Positions 55,681-64,000 of a DNA stretch of 64,000 nucleotides are shown one piece after another. Position numbers and translations under genes: made by a program. How positions within the stretch are numbered: position 1 is the stretch's first letter; every line of letters starts with the position of its first letter. The notes beneath the pieces are model-generated. The model saw only the letters and a list, made by a program, of their open reading frames with translations. It ran no database searches and was not told the DNA's origin. Source of the DNA: Ferruginibacter sp. (GTDB taxonomy: Bacteria; Bacteroidota; Bacteroidia; Chitinophagales; Chitinophagaceae); assembly GCA_035328475.1 (NCBI GenBank), contig DAOLIP010000005.1:9774-73773 (forward strand), given 5' to 3'.

Positions 55681-56865
55681 ATGAAAAAAATTGTTTTAAT
55701 AGAAATCCTTTTATTCGCCTTCTGGCAGAATATATATAGCCAGGACTTTGGAAAAAAATTTGAAGAGAAAAAGGCGGAGGCGAAAGCAATTGCAAAAGAT
55801 GCGGTTGATAACCCGAATAAAAATTTCAAATCGATCTTTACCGATATTTTCCTTGGAGGAAATGGCTACTACCAGGCATTGATAAAAAACGGAATTCTAA
55901 AACAAGGTGATGGGGAAGTTAAAGTCAATTCCACTATCTACGGGTTGATACGCATTTTCGATTCAACCAAACGGGAAGACCAGTTCTTTAAAAAACTTCG
56001 CTGGGCAAGGAATATCCAAATAGGTGCAGGCGCTGTTTTTGATGATGATAATAAAATAAAAGCGGTTAACTCTTCATTGAGTGTTGCTGTCATAAATAAA
56101 CGGGTGACCAACTGGAGAATTTTCTATAAAAAATTTACACCAGCTTCTATTGCTAAGGCCACCGCAAATGTAGAAAAGGCTTTTGGAGTTGTGGAAGCAT
56201 TGGATAATAAGGAAAATAAAACCAAGGCTGATAGCGCAGCGTATGACAAAGCGGCAAAGCAAATAGAAGCTTTTGGGAAAAATAACGATTTTAGCCTGCT
56301 CAAAGGCCTGATAACCGACGAGGAGATTGAAGAAGCGAAGACACAATGGGAATCTTTAACCAAAGAATACAATGACTATAAGAAGAAATTGACCGGCGCA
56401 CCCTTGCTGACTTTTGGCTACGAAGGAGATTATGGAAATAATAAATGGTCAAAAGTGAATGCGAAAATTGAATTTTTGGTTGGGTTTGGGGCAAAAAAAG
56501 ATTCGGTAAGAAACTATGATTTTTATACCGGGGTGTTTTATAATATGAACCAGGATACGCTTAATAAAACCGGGAGCTTGAACAGAAAGGTTTTACTGGC
56601 TAAAGTGGGATTTAATAAGGTGCTGATAAAAGCGAAAACAGACGGGTCCTCTGTACTGGAAGTATTTGGAGGGGGCGAATATCAAAACATAAACAGCGGT
56701 ATTTATGTCAATGAAGTGAAAAGTGCATTCAAATTCAATGCTTCTCTTAGTTTCAGACTGGCGCCCAACCTCTATTTACCAATTCAGGTAAAGTGGAATA
56801 CGAACACCGGAAGATTTGAAGGGTACCTTGATTTAAAGTTTGATATACTCACTCTTTTTAAATAG
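55681..56865 (+). CDS. Secreted hypothetical protein, possibly with an outer-membrane beta C-terminus
   Basis: Signal peptide, helical insert, amphipathic strands ending ...YLDLKFDILTLFK. Confidence 0.72.
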   Translation: MKKIVLIEILLFAFWQNIYSQDFGKKFEEKKAEAKAIAKDAVDNPNKNFKSIFTDIFLGGNGYYQALIKNGILKQGDGEVKVNSTIYGLIRIFDSTKREDQFFKKLRWARNIQIGAGAVFDDDNKIKAVNSSLSVAVINKRVTNWRIFYKKFTPASIAKATANVEKAFGVVEALDNKENKTKADSAAYDKAAKQIEAFGKNNDFSLLKGLITDEEIEEAKTQWESLTKEYNDYKKKLTGAPLLTFGYEGDYGNNKWSKVNAKIEFLVGFGAKKDSVRNYDFYTGVFYNMNQDTLNKTGSLNRKVLLAKVGFNKVLIKAKTDGSSVLEVFGGGEYQNINSGIYVNEVKSAFKFNASLSFRLAPNLYLPIQVKWNTNTGRFEGYLDLKFDILTLFK

Positions 56866-56912
56866 ATGAGCCGAACCGCAGTTTTTTTCTTAATTGCCGG
56901 TTGAGGGTTTAT

Positions 56913-57575
56913 CTACTTGCTCTCCTTGTCCTTCAAAAACAAAAACTCCGCCTTGGTTATCCAGGAAATGCCAAAGGATACCAGGGCCAGCGATTCGAAC
57001 CAGAATACCAGGTTAAAATTGGCGCAGAGTTCCTCGAGCCAGATCATACCAATAGCAATGGCGGCGATACAGCCGATCATCACCAGGCCACATACCAGGT
57101 AAACCTTGTTACGGCTTTCTTTTTGGCGGGTTACGTGTTTGCCGGGATCGGTTCTCCGGAAAAGAAAGATGGAAAAGATGATGAATACCGTAAAAAGAAG
57201 CAGGGCAAATACAAAGTGCAGGATATGAACAAACTCATTACTGCTGGTGGTTGGGCATAACGCAACGCCCAATGCAAATACACAGCCCAGGTTGGCAGTA
57301 AGGCTGTCGGCCTTATCATATCCTTTATAAGCCATCAGAAAAAAACCAAGTACAAATAATACACCCACCAGTATATCGCCGGCGGTTCCGTTATCGTAAT
57401 AGTCGCTTACGGAAAATTCGATCTTCAATGTTTCATTGGCAATGAGGTTGCCAATGATCAGCAGTACAGGCAATAACACACCGGTGGCGCCAATTAGAAT
57501 ACGCAAGGCATAGTAAGAGATTACCTGGTCGTTTTTTTCAGGCGTTTTTACGCCGGGTAAAAGATCGTTGTTCAT
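56913..57575 (-). CDS. DUF998-like multi-pass membrane protein
   Basis: YYALRILIGATGVLLP, SVSDYY, LFVLGFFLMAYKGY, WFESLALVSFGISWITK. Confidence 0.75.
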   Translation of the reverse strand: MNNDLLPGVKTPEKNDQVISYYALRILIGATGVLLPVLLIIGNLIANETLKIEFSVSDYYDNGTAGDILVGVLFVLGFFLMAYKGYDKADSLTANLGCVFALGVALCPTTSSNEFVHILHFVFALLLFTVFIIFSIFLFRRTDPGKHVTRQKESRNKVYLVCGLVMIGCIAAIAIGMIWLEELCANFNLVFWFESLALVSFGISWITKAEFLFLKDKESK

Positions 57576-57730
57576 TGTATCTTTTTAGAGTGGGGAATGA
57601 ATGCCGTTCGCTAAAATACACATTTCTGTTGTGGTTAAGAGGCCATGGCAGATGGTTCATGATAAATATAGAATCCTCAAGCCCGAAACCTTCTATACCG
57701 TTATTTCACCCTGTTCATTCTCCGTTAATA

Positions 57731-57808
57731 TACCCTTGATACCCTTTTATACCCGGCGCATATTTGTACTAACAGGCATGGTACACAAAAGGGGTATTGA
57801 TTGGGGTA
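57731..57808. promoter_or_regulatory. Cluster of TACCC/GGGTA half-sites upstream of the solo LuxR gene
   Basis: TACCC at 57731, 57740 and 57750; GGGTA at 57792 and 57804. Confidence 0.45.
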
Positions 57809-57839
57809 GGCACATGGGCTAATTTTAAACTTTAAGCAG

Positions 57840-58046
57840 ATGAGAAAAACAGAAACTCCGCTAACCAGGCGTGAACAGGAAGTACTGGCAGCATTGGCCA
57901 AAGGATTTTTGTACAAAGAGATCGCTCTGCGGCTTTCAATATCCCTCGATACGGTAAAGAAACACTGTAAGAATATTTACCAAAAACTGAATGTACGCAA
58001 CCGTACAGAAGCAAGCAATCATTTCAATTCCAGGAAAGCCGCATAA
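57840..58046 (+). CDS. Stand-alone LuxR/GerE-type HTH regulator
   Basis: PLTRREQEVLAALAKGFLYKEIALRLSISLDTVKKHCKNIYQKLNVRNRTEA; no receiver domain. Confidence 0.92.
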   Translation: MRKTETPLTRREQEVLAALAKGFLYKEIALRLSISLDTVKKHCKNIYQKLNVRNRTEASNHFNSRKAA

Positions 58047-58092
58047 CACAACCGTGTTATGAAAACCATTTTTAATTACAAATTCATCAAGT

Positions 58093-59358
58093 ATGAAAAG
58101 AATTCTGCTTACGCCTGTTATTGTATTAAGTGTATTTTTTGCCGTTGCGCAGCCTACAACCACCGGTTTAATCGGTTACTGGCCTTTTAGCGGGAACTAC
58201 ACAAACGCCGGACCTGCTGCTGCAACGGCAAGTGGAGTAAATACCAGTTTTACAACAGGCTATAACAATGCTCCAAATACGGCTGTTCAATTCCAGGGGA
58301 ATGTGAATTCGTATATCGATTTTATTGATAACGGAAATTTTGACTTCACCGGCACCAATAATTTCACCGTGGGATTCAGTTTTTATTTTAACGGAAGCAC
58401 CACATCCGGACTGGTTGATAATTGCCTTAATTATGGTGGTTGGGGAGTTTGGCTATGGTCTACAGTAGCAGGAACCTGGAACCTGCAATTCAATTATAAA
58501 AATAATTCTGTGGGGAGTGCTGCAGCAACAAATTTCTCCATTGGCGCATGGCACCATGCAACAGCAGTAAGGAATAACGGTACTATATCACTATATATAG
58601 ACGGTATTTTCCGGCTTTCTGCCACAGAAGGCACACAAACACCATCTTACCCCCTTACGATGCAGGCGGGGGCAATGTGTTATGGGGGCTTTAGCCCGCC
58701 GAGGTATAATCCCTTTGGAGGTAAAATTGATGAACTGAGAATCTACAACCGGGCCCTTACTGCTGCAGAAATAGGCGGGCTGAGCGGCGGAGCACTGCCG
58801 GTGAAACTAACTTCCTTTACCGCTTCAAATAAGAACAACAATGTTACTCTAAAATGGCAAACACAATACGAACAGAACAGCAGTCATTATAATATACAGC
58901 GCAGCACAGATGGCGTGAACTTTACCAACGAAGCAAGGGTAACAGCCGCCGGAAACTCAAACCTGCCGCTTAATTATTCGCATAACGATCTGCTGCCTGC
59001 ATCCATTCAGTCTAAGAAAGCTGTTTTTTACCGGCTTCAATCGGTTGATAAAGACGGAAAGTTTGCGTACAGCCAGGTAGTGATGCTGCGCCTGGATATA
59101 AAAGAAATGGAACTGCTGGTTTCTCCCAACCCGGCCAAAGACATATTGCAGGTGCAAACAGGAAGTACCGTGGCTGGAGAAGCTGCCCTGGTTATTTCAG
59201 ATGCTGCAGGCCGGCAGTTGTATCAACGGAATATTGTATTGCAGCAGGGAACCAACAGCATACCCGTTAATATCTCTATGCTGGCCAAAGGAAACTACTT
59301 TGTCCGGATCATTGCGGGAACAGAATCATATACAAAGCAATTTGTAAAGATCGAGTGA
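58093..59358 (+). CDS. LamG/concanavalin-like protein with a T9SS C-terminal sorting domain
   Basis: Signal peptide, GLIGYWPFSGN, WHHATAVR, FGGKIDELRIYNRALT, LPVKLTSF, VSPNPAK...GNYFVRI...QFVK. Confidence 0.92.
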   Translation: MKRILLTPVIVLSVFFAVAQPTTTGLIGYWPFSGNYTNAGPAAATASGVNTSFTTGYNNAPNTAVQFQGNVNSYIDFIDNGNFDFTGTNNFTVGFSFYFNGSTTSGLVDNCLNYGGWGVWLWSTVAGTWNLQFNYKNNSVGSAAATNFSIGAWHHATAVRNNGTISLYIDGIFRLSATEGTQTPSYPLTMQAGAMCYGGFSPPRYNPFGGKIDELRIYNRALTAAEIGGLSGGALPVKLTSFTASNKNNNVTLKWQTQYEQNSSHYNIQRSTDGVNFTNEARVTAAGNSNLPLNYSHNDLLPASIQSKKAVFYRLQSVDKDGKFAYSQVVMLRLDIKEMELLVSPNPAKDILQVQTGSTVAGEAALVISDAAGRQLYQRNIVLQQGTNSIPVNISMLAKGNYFVRIIAGTESYTKQFVKIE

Positions 59359-59429
59359 TCCCCGGTGATCAAACAGTGAAACTTTAATTGTCAGATAGCC
59401 TTACCAGGCGTCCACCTTATGGAGAAATG

Positions 59430-59454
59430 CAGCCCCGCCAGGGGCTGTTTTTTT
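59430..59454 (+). terminator. Intrinsic terminator
   Basis: CAGCCCC-GCCA-GGGGCTG followed by T7. Confidence 0.85.
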
Positions 59455-59555
59455 AAATAAACCCTGTTTAGGGTGATGTATGAAAAATACCAGTCAAAAA
59501 TTTTACTGAAAATCAGTGGTTTATAAAAGCATGATTAAAAATACTTCCTGTTTTC

Positions 59556-59588
59556 TTTGGAAGGTAAACAGTATTGGGCTTACCTTCG
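59556..59588 (+). promoter_or_regulatory. Bacteroidota sigma-A-type promoter of rplM
   Basis: TTTG (59556) and TACCTTCG (59581) spaced by 21 nt. Confidence 0.6.
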
Positions 59589-59625
59589 CCGTCCAAAATT
59601 TAAAGCCACGGGGATAGCTGTGGTT

Positions 59626-59645
59626 CCTTCGACTCCGCTCAGGAT
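59626..59645. repeat. REP-like element in the rplM leader
   Basis: CCTTCGACTCCGCTCAGGAT; its reverse complement matches 34556-34575 at 19/20. Confidence 0.75.
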
Positions 59646-59684
59646 TTCAAAGGACAAGCATAATTAAAAAACAAAAATAAAAAG

Positions 59685-60128
59685 ATGAGCAAATTACATT
59701 TCACTACCAAACATGCGAACGAGGCTACCGTTACACACAACTGGTACGTTGTGGATGGTACTAATCAAACCGTAGGCCGCATGTGTTCAAAGATCGCTGC
59801 GATACTGCGTGGAAAGAACAAAGCCTACTACACCCCACACGTTGACTGTGGCGATTTTATCATTGTTATCAATTGCGAGAAGATAAAACTTACCGGCAAT
59901 AAAATGGATGACAAGATCTATGACAACTACAGTGGTTACCCGGGTGGCCGCAAAGAAGAAACCGCTAAAACCCTGTTGAAGCGCAGGCCCGAAGTGATCA
60001 TCGAAAGAGCCGTAAAAGGGATGCTTCCTAAAAACAGGCTGGGCCGCAAGATGTACAAAAAACTTTTTGTGTACCAGGGAACCAATCATCCGCATGGTGC
60101 TCAGCAACCAAAAGAACTGAAATTCTAA
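59685..60128 (+). CDS. rplM: 50S ribosomal protein L13
   Basis: WYVVDG...YTPHVDCGDFIIVIN...RAVKGMLPKNRLGR...HPHGAQQP. Confidence 0.98.
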   Translation: MSKLHFTTKHANEATVTHNWYVVDGTNQTVGRMCSKIAAILRGKNKAYYTPHVDCGDFIIVINCEKIKLTGNKMDDKIYDNYSGYPGGRKEETAKTLLKRRPEVIIERAVKGMLPKNRLGRKMYKKLFVYQGTNHPHGAQQPKELKF

Positions 60129-60148
60129 ATTCTAAATTCCAAATAATA
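60121..60148. repeat. Heptamer run between rplM and rpsI
   Basis: AATTCTA AATTCTA AATTCCA AATAATA. Confidence 0.6.
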
Positions 60149-60152
60149 AATA

Positions 60153-60542
60153 ATGGAGAAGCAAAAAAATGCAGTTGGCCGTAGAAAAGAAGCGGTAACC
60201 CGTATCTTCCTTTCAAAGGGCGACGGAAAGATCACCGTTAACGGTAAAGATTATAAAACATATTTCCCGCTGGTATATTTACAAAACCAGGTGGAAGCGC
60301 CGTTAAAAACGGTTGAATCTTCTGATAAATTCGATGTGGTCGTTAATGCAACCGGTGGTGGCGTAAAAGGCCAGGCAGAAGCTGCAAAGCTGGGTATTGC
60401 CCGTGCTTTGTTAGAAGTGAATGCTGAATACCGCCCGGCGTTAAAAGCGGCCGGCTTACTTAAGCGTGACCCGCGTTCTGTTGAGCGTAAAAAACCAGGT
60501 CGCAAAAAAGCAAGAAGGAGCTACCAGTTCAGCAAACGTTAA
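60153..60542 (+). CDS. rpsI: 30S ribosomal protein S9
   Basis: GRRKEAV, GGGVKGQAEA, LKRDPRSVERKKPGRKKARRSYQFSKR. Confidence 0.98.
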   Translation: MEKQKNAVGRRKEAVTRIFLSKGDGKITVNGKDYKTYFPLVYLQNQVEAPLKTVESSDKFDVVVNATGGGVKGQAEAAKLGIARALLEVNAEYRPALKAAGLLKRDPRSVERKKPGRKKARRSYQFSKR

Positions 60543-60553
60543 TAAGGATTGCA

Positions 60554-60602
60554 GATACTGGATACAAGATGCTGGATTTACCAGTATCCAGGATCAAGTA
60601 TC
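60554..60602. repeat. Heptamer-built hairpin between rpsI and rpsB
   Basis: GATACTG GATACAA GATGCTG ... CAGTATC CAGGATC AAGTATC. Confidence 0.7.
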
Positions 60603-60645
60603 GGTTTTTGGAATAAATATTTAAAAATTACTTTAATAACATACA

Positions 60646-61527
60646 ATGGAAAATAATACTTCCTTACAACAGCAACTTTTAGAAGCAGGTGTTCACTTTG
60701 GTCACTTAAAGAAAAAATGGAACCCTAAGATGCTGCCTTACATCTTTGCTGAAAAGAAAGGCATTCACATCATTGACCTGAACAAAACCGTGGAAGGGTT
60801 GCAGGAATCTGCCGCTGCATTGAAAGCCATTGCACGCAGCGGAAAAAAGATCATGTTTGTGGCTACTAAAAAGCAAGCCAAGGAAATTGTGAGCGAATGC
60901 GCCAGGCGTGTGAACATGCCTTTTGTAACCGAGCGTTGGCTGGGTGGTATGCTTACCAACTTCAACACCGTTCGTAAAAGCGTGAAGAAGATGCAGAGCA
61001 TTGAAAAGATGCTGGCAGACGGCAGTGCTGAAAGCCTGACCAAGAAAGAACGCCTCACGCTGAGCCGTGATAAAGACAAGATGGAGAAAGTACTGGGCGG
61101 TATCTCACAGATCAGCCGTGTACCTGCTGCCTTGTTCCTGGTAGATATTGGCCACGAGCACATTGCACTTGCCGAAGCAAAAAAATTAGGCATTACAACC
61201 TTTGGTATGGTGGATACCAACTGCGACCCGAATAAAGTAGAGTTCTCTATTCCTGCCAATGACGACGCAACCAAATCAATTTCTATTGTGGTTAATTACC
61301 TCACCGCAGCTATTGCTGAAGGGTTACAGGAGCGCCAGGCAGATAAAGACGAAGAAGACAGTCACGATGTGGAAGAAAGCGCCGAAGCAAAAGCAGCACG
61401 TTTTGAACAAAAGGTTGACGGCAGTGAAGAAAGGGGCAAACGCGGAGGCGGACGGGGAGTATCTTCTCAACCTAAGCGCCGTATTGCCGGCCCGGGTGCC
61501 GGCGGAAGAAAACCGGCAGCAAAATAA
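60646..61527 (+). CDS. rpsB: 30S ribosomal protein S2
   Basis: LLEAGVHFGH...WNPKM, RWLGGMLTN, DTNCDP, PANDDA. Confidence 0.98.
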   Translation: MENNTSLQQQLLEAGVHFGHLKKKWNPKMLPYIFAEKKGIHIIDLNKTVEGLQESAAALKAIARSGKKIMFVATKKQAKEIVSECARRVNMPFVTERWLGGMLTNFNTVRKSVKKMQSIEKMLADGSAESLTKKERLTLSRDKDKMEKVLGGISQISRVPAALFLVDIGHEHIALAEAKKLGITTFGMVDTNCDPNKVEFSIPANDDATKSISIVVNYLTAAIAEGLQERQADKDEEDSHDVEESAEAKAARFEQKVDGSEERGKRGGGRGVSSQPKRRIAGPGAGGRKPAAK

Positions 61528-61562
61528 TTGCGGCTACCAAAACAGACCTGTGGAGAGCGGTA

Positions 61563-61590
61563 TTTTAATTTTTAATTTTTAATTTTTAAT
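61563..61590. repeat. Perfect (TTTTAAT)4 tandem repeat just upstream of tsf
   Basis: Four exact heptamers ending 5 nt before ATG 61596. Confidence 0.85.
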
Positions 61591-61595
61591 TGATC

Positions 61596-62420
61596 ATGAG
61601 TGTTACTATAACAGCAGCAGACATTAATAAATTACGCCAGACCACCGGTGCCGGTATGCTGGATTGCCGTAAAGCACTGACAGAAAGCAACGGCGATTTT
61701 GAAGCAGCCATCGACTGGTTGCGTAAACAAGGACAGAAAGTTGCCGCAAAGCGCAGCGACCGGGAAGCAAAAGAAGGAGTGGTGATTGCTCAAACAACAG
61801 CCGATAACAAAAGCGGTATCGTTCTTTGCATCAGCTGCGAAACGGACTTTGTTAGTAAAAATGCAGACTTTGTTGCCTTTGCACAAAGCATTGCAGATGC
61901 AGCGATCACAAACAATGTAAAAACAGCAGAAGAACTGAACGCTGTTTCTGTGAATGGGTCAACGGTTGCTGAACTGATCAACGATAAACTGGCAGCCATC
62001 GGCGAAAAGATCGCTGTATCAAAATTTGAACGGGTAGACGCCCCTTATGTTGCATCCTATATACACGGCGCAAACCGCATGGGCGTATTAGTTGCTATGA
62101 CCAAAACTGCAGCAGAAGCAGGCAAGGATGTGGCCATGCAGATCGCTGCCATGAATCCACTGGCAGTTGATGAAACGTCTATTTCACCAGAAACGATCGC
62201 CCGGGAAAAAGAGATCGCTATCGAGCAGATCAAAGCAGAAGGCAAACCCGCAGAAATGGCTGAAAAGATCGCTGTGGGTAAAGTGAACAAATTCTTTAAG
62301 GAAAATACCTTACTGGCCCAGGCTTTTGTAAAAGACAACAGCAAGTCAGTAGCCGATTACCTGAAGAGTGTGGATGCAGACCTGAAGGTTACAGATTTTA
62401 AAAGAGTAGCCCTGGGATAA
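61596..62420 (+). CDS. tsf: Elongation factor Ts
   Basis: LRQTTGAGMLDCRKAL, SCETDFV, MQIAAMNP; start ATG 61596. Confidence 0.98.
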   Translation: MSVTITAADINKLRQTTGAGMLDCRKALTESNGDFEAAIDWLRKQGQKVAAKRSDREAKEGVVIAQTTADNKSGIVLCISCETDFVSKNADFVAFAQSIADAAITNNVKTAEELNAVSVNGSTVAELINDKLAAIGEKIAVSKFERVDAPYVASYIHGANRMGVLVAMTKTAAEAGKDVAMQIAAMNPLAVDETSISPETIAREKEIAIEQIKAEGKPAEMAEKIAVGKVNKFFKENTLLAQAFVKDNSKSVADYLKSVDADLKVTDFKRVALG

Positions 62421-62444
62421 TAACCAGGAATTAATGATATCCGG

Positions 62445-62481
62445 CAGCCTTGCAATTGATTTTGCAGGGCTGTTTTCTTTT
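62445..62481 (+). terminator. Intrinsic terminator after tsf
   Basis: CAGCCTTGCAA/TTGCAGGGCTG stem followed by TTTTCTTTTT. Confidence 0.8.
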
Positions 62482-62499
62482 TAGCAGTAATTTTACCCC

Positions 62500-63306
62500 A
62501 TGGAAATGTACCAATCTTATTTTGAAGAAAACAGGCAGAGCTGGAATAAACGTACGGGTGTTCATAAAGACTCTGCATTTTATGACCTGGCGGGATTTAA
62601 AAAAGGGACTTCTTCCCTGACAAAAATTGAATTGAATGAGCTGGGTGATGTAAAAGGAAAAACACTCCTGCACCTGCAGTGTCATTTTGGAATGGATACC
62701 ATGAGCTGGGAAAGGGAAGGAGCCATTGTTACCGGCGTTGACCTGAGCGACGAGGCGATAAAACTTGCCAATGAAATAAAAGCGGAACTTAACCTGAATG
62801 CGGAATTCATTTGCAGTAATGTGTACGATCTAAAGGATCACCTTGATAAAAAATTCGATATTGTCTTTACTTCCTACGGTACCATAGGCTGGCTGCCCGA
62901 TCTTAACAAATGGGCAGCCATCGTTTCTAATTTTCTGAAACCAGGCGGCACGTTTTATATCGTTGATTTTCATCCGGCATTATGGATGATGGACGATAAC
63001 TTTGGATACATTAAATACAGTTACTTCAACAGGCAGGTGATCACAGAAGAAATATCCGGTTCTTATTCCGACCGCAATGCTCCGATACGGTCCATTGAAC
63101 ACAGCTGGAATCATCCCTTTACTGAAATAATAAATTCGCTGCTGAAGCATGGATTGCAGGTACAACAGTTTAATGAGTTTCCTTATTCTGCATATAATTG
63201 TTTCAATAACCTGGAGCAGGGCGAAGATGGAATGTGGCGTATAAAAGGCATGCAGGAGAAACTGCCAATGATGTACTCCATAAAAGCCATTAAAGAAACC
63301 CGGTAG
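62500..63306 (+). CDS. Class I SAM-dependent methyltransferase
   Basis: LLHLQCHFGMDT, GVDLSDEAI, FDIVFTSYGTIGWLPDL, LKPGGTFYIVDFHP. Confidence 0.92.
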   Translation: MEMYQSYFEENRQSWNKRTGVHKDSAFYDLAGFKKGTSSLTKIELNELGDVKGKTLLHLQCHFGMDTMSWEREGAIVTGVDLSDEAIKLANEIKAELNLNAEFICSNVYDLKDHLDKKFDIVFTSYGTIGWLPDLNKWAAIVSNFLKPGGTFYIVDFHPALWMMDDNFGYIKYSYFNRQVITEEISGSYSDRNAPIRSIEHSWNHPFTEIINSLLKHGLQVQQFNEFPYSAYNCFNNLEQGEDGMWRIKGMQEKLPMMYSIKAIKETR

Positions 63307-63323
63307 CTGTCGGGATAAAAATA

Positions 63324-63331
63324 TATCTTCG
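63324..63331 (+). promoter_or_regulatory. Probable -7 box of pyrH
   Basis: TATCTTCG, 17 nt upstream of ATG 63349. Confidence 0.5.
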
Positions 63332-63348
63332 CAAAAATTTTACACCTG

Positions 63349-64000
63349 ATGCTTCCCAAGTACAAAAGAATATTGTTAAAGCTTTCCGGCGAATCATTGA
63401 TGGGCGACAAGAATTTCGGCATCGACAGCGAAGTGATCGCCCGGTATGCACAGGATATAAAATCCATTATAGAACTGGGTGTACAGGTGGCCATTGTTAT
63501 CGGCGGCGGTAATATTTACCGGGGTATGAACGAGGCCACCAGCGGTATTGAAAGAGCGCAGGGAGATTATATGGGAATGCTGGCCACGGTAATAAATGGG
63601 ATGGCGGTTCAGAGTGGATTGGAAAAAGCCGGAATCTACACCCGCCTGCAAAGCGCTATAAAAATGGAACAGATCGCAGAGCCGTACATCCGCCGAAGGG
63701 CCATGCGTCACCTGGAAAAAGGAAGGGTTGTTATTTTTGGTGCCGGAACCGGTAACCCTTACTTTACCACCGATACCGCAGGTTCATTGCGGGCCATTGA
63801 AATAAAGGCCGATGTGATCCTGAAAGGAACAAGGGTAAACGGTATCTATACAGCCGACCCTGAAAAAGATCCTGCGGCTACAAAATATGAGACCATTTCT
63901 TTTGCCGAGTGCATTCAAAAGAATCTGAAGGTGATGGATATGACCGCTTTTACTTTATGTATGGAAAATAATTTACCCATTGTTGTTTTTGATATGAATA
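63349..64000 (+). CDS. pyrH: UMP kinase (3' end runs off the window)
   Basis: Not in the ORF track. Manual translation: [19 protein letters not shown]...[10 protein letters not shown]...[13 protein letters not shown]...[13 protein letters not shown]...KVMDMTAF. Confidence 0.98.
   Translation, partial: MLPKYKRILLKLSGESLMGDKNFGIDSEVIARYAQDIKSIIELGVQVAIVIGGGNIYRGMNEATSGIERAQGDYMGMLATVINGMAVQSGLEKAGIYTRLQSAIKMEQIAEPYIRRRAMRHLEKGRVVIFGAGTGNPYFTTDTAGSLRAIEIKADVILKGTRVNGIYTADPEKDPAATKYETISFAECIQKNLKVMDMTAFTLCMENNLPIVVFDMN

Overview
Bacteroidota chromosome segment, most likely Chitinophagaceae (T9SS C-terminal domains, TAnnTTTG-type promoter boxes, rplM-rpsI-rpsB-tsf-pyrH order). The taxonomy is inferred, not searched. 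Left to right: (1) a LytS/LytTR two-component pair and an NHL-repeat lipoprotein; (2) a phenylacetyl-CoA epoxidase cluster (TetR-paaE ... paaA-lipoprotein-paaB-paaC-microORF-paaD). Both halves carry the same ACTAAC-N4-RTTAGT operator. They are separated by about 18 kb holding a TPR sensor kinase/NarL pair, a 2963-aa CARDB/Ig surface protein with no T9SS signal, and a 1949-aa Rhs protein whose Cys-flanked variable domain is internal and followed by a T9SS CTD; (3) housekeeping genes (tatA, ACP, DUF2461, HNH protein, ligA, kinase-like hypothetical, amidohydrolase); (4) an AT-rich module of small Pro/Gly-tailed protein, clostripain-family protease and sensor beta-propeller, framed by a host-like NarL regulator and kinase transmitter; (5) a type I R-M locus with four AT-rich cargo genes between hsdS and hsdR; (6) a PLD-FRG-membrane protein-amidase gene run; (7) a solo LuxR, a LamG T9SS protein and ribosomal/translation genes. 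Several short palindromic or 7/9-mer repeat elements sit in frame inside paaC, ligA, hsdM (twice) and a signal peptide. No rRNA, tRNA, CRISPR array or transposase was seen. All family calls come from motifs read by eye, without database searches.
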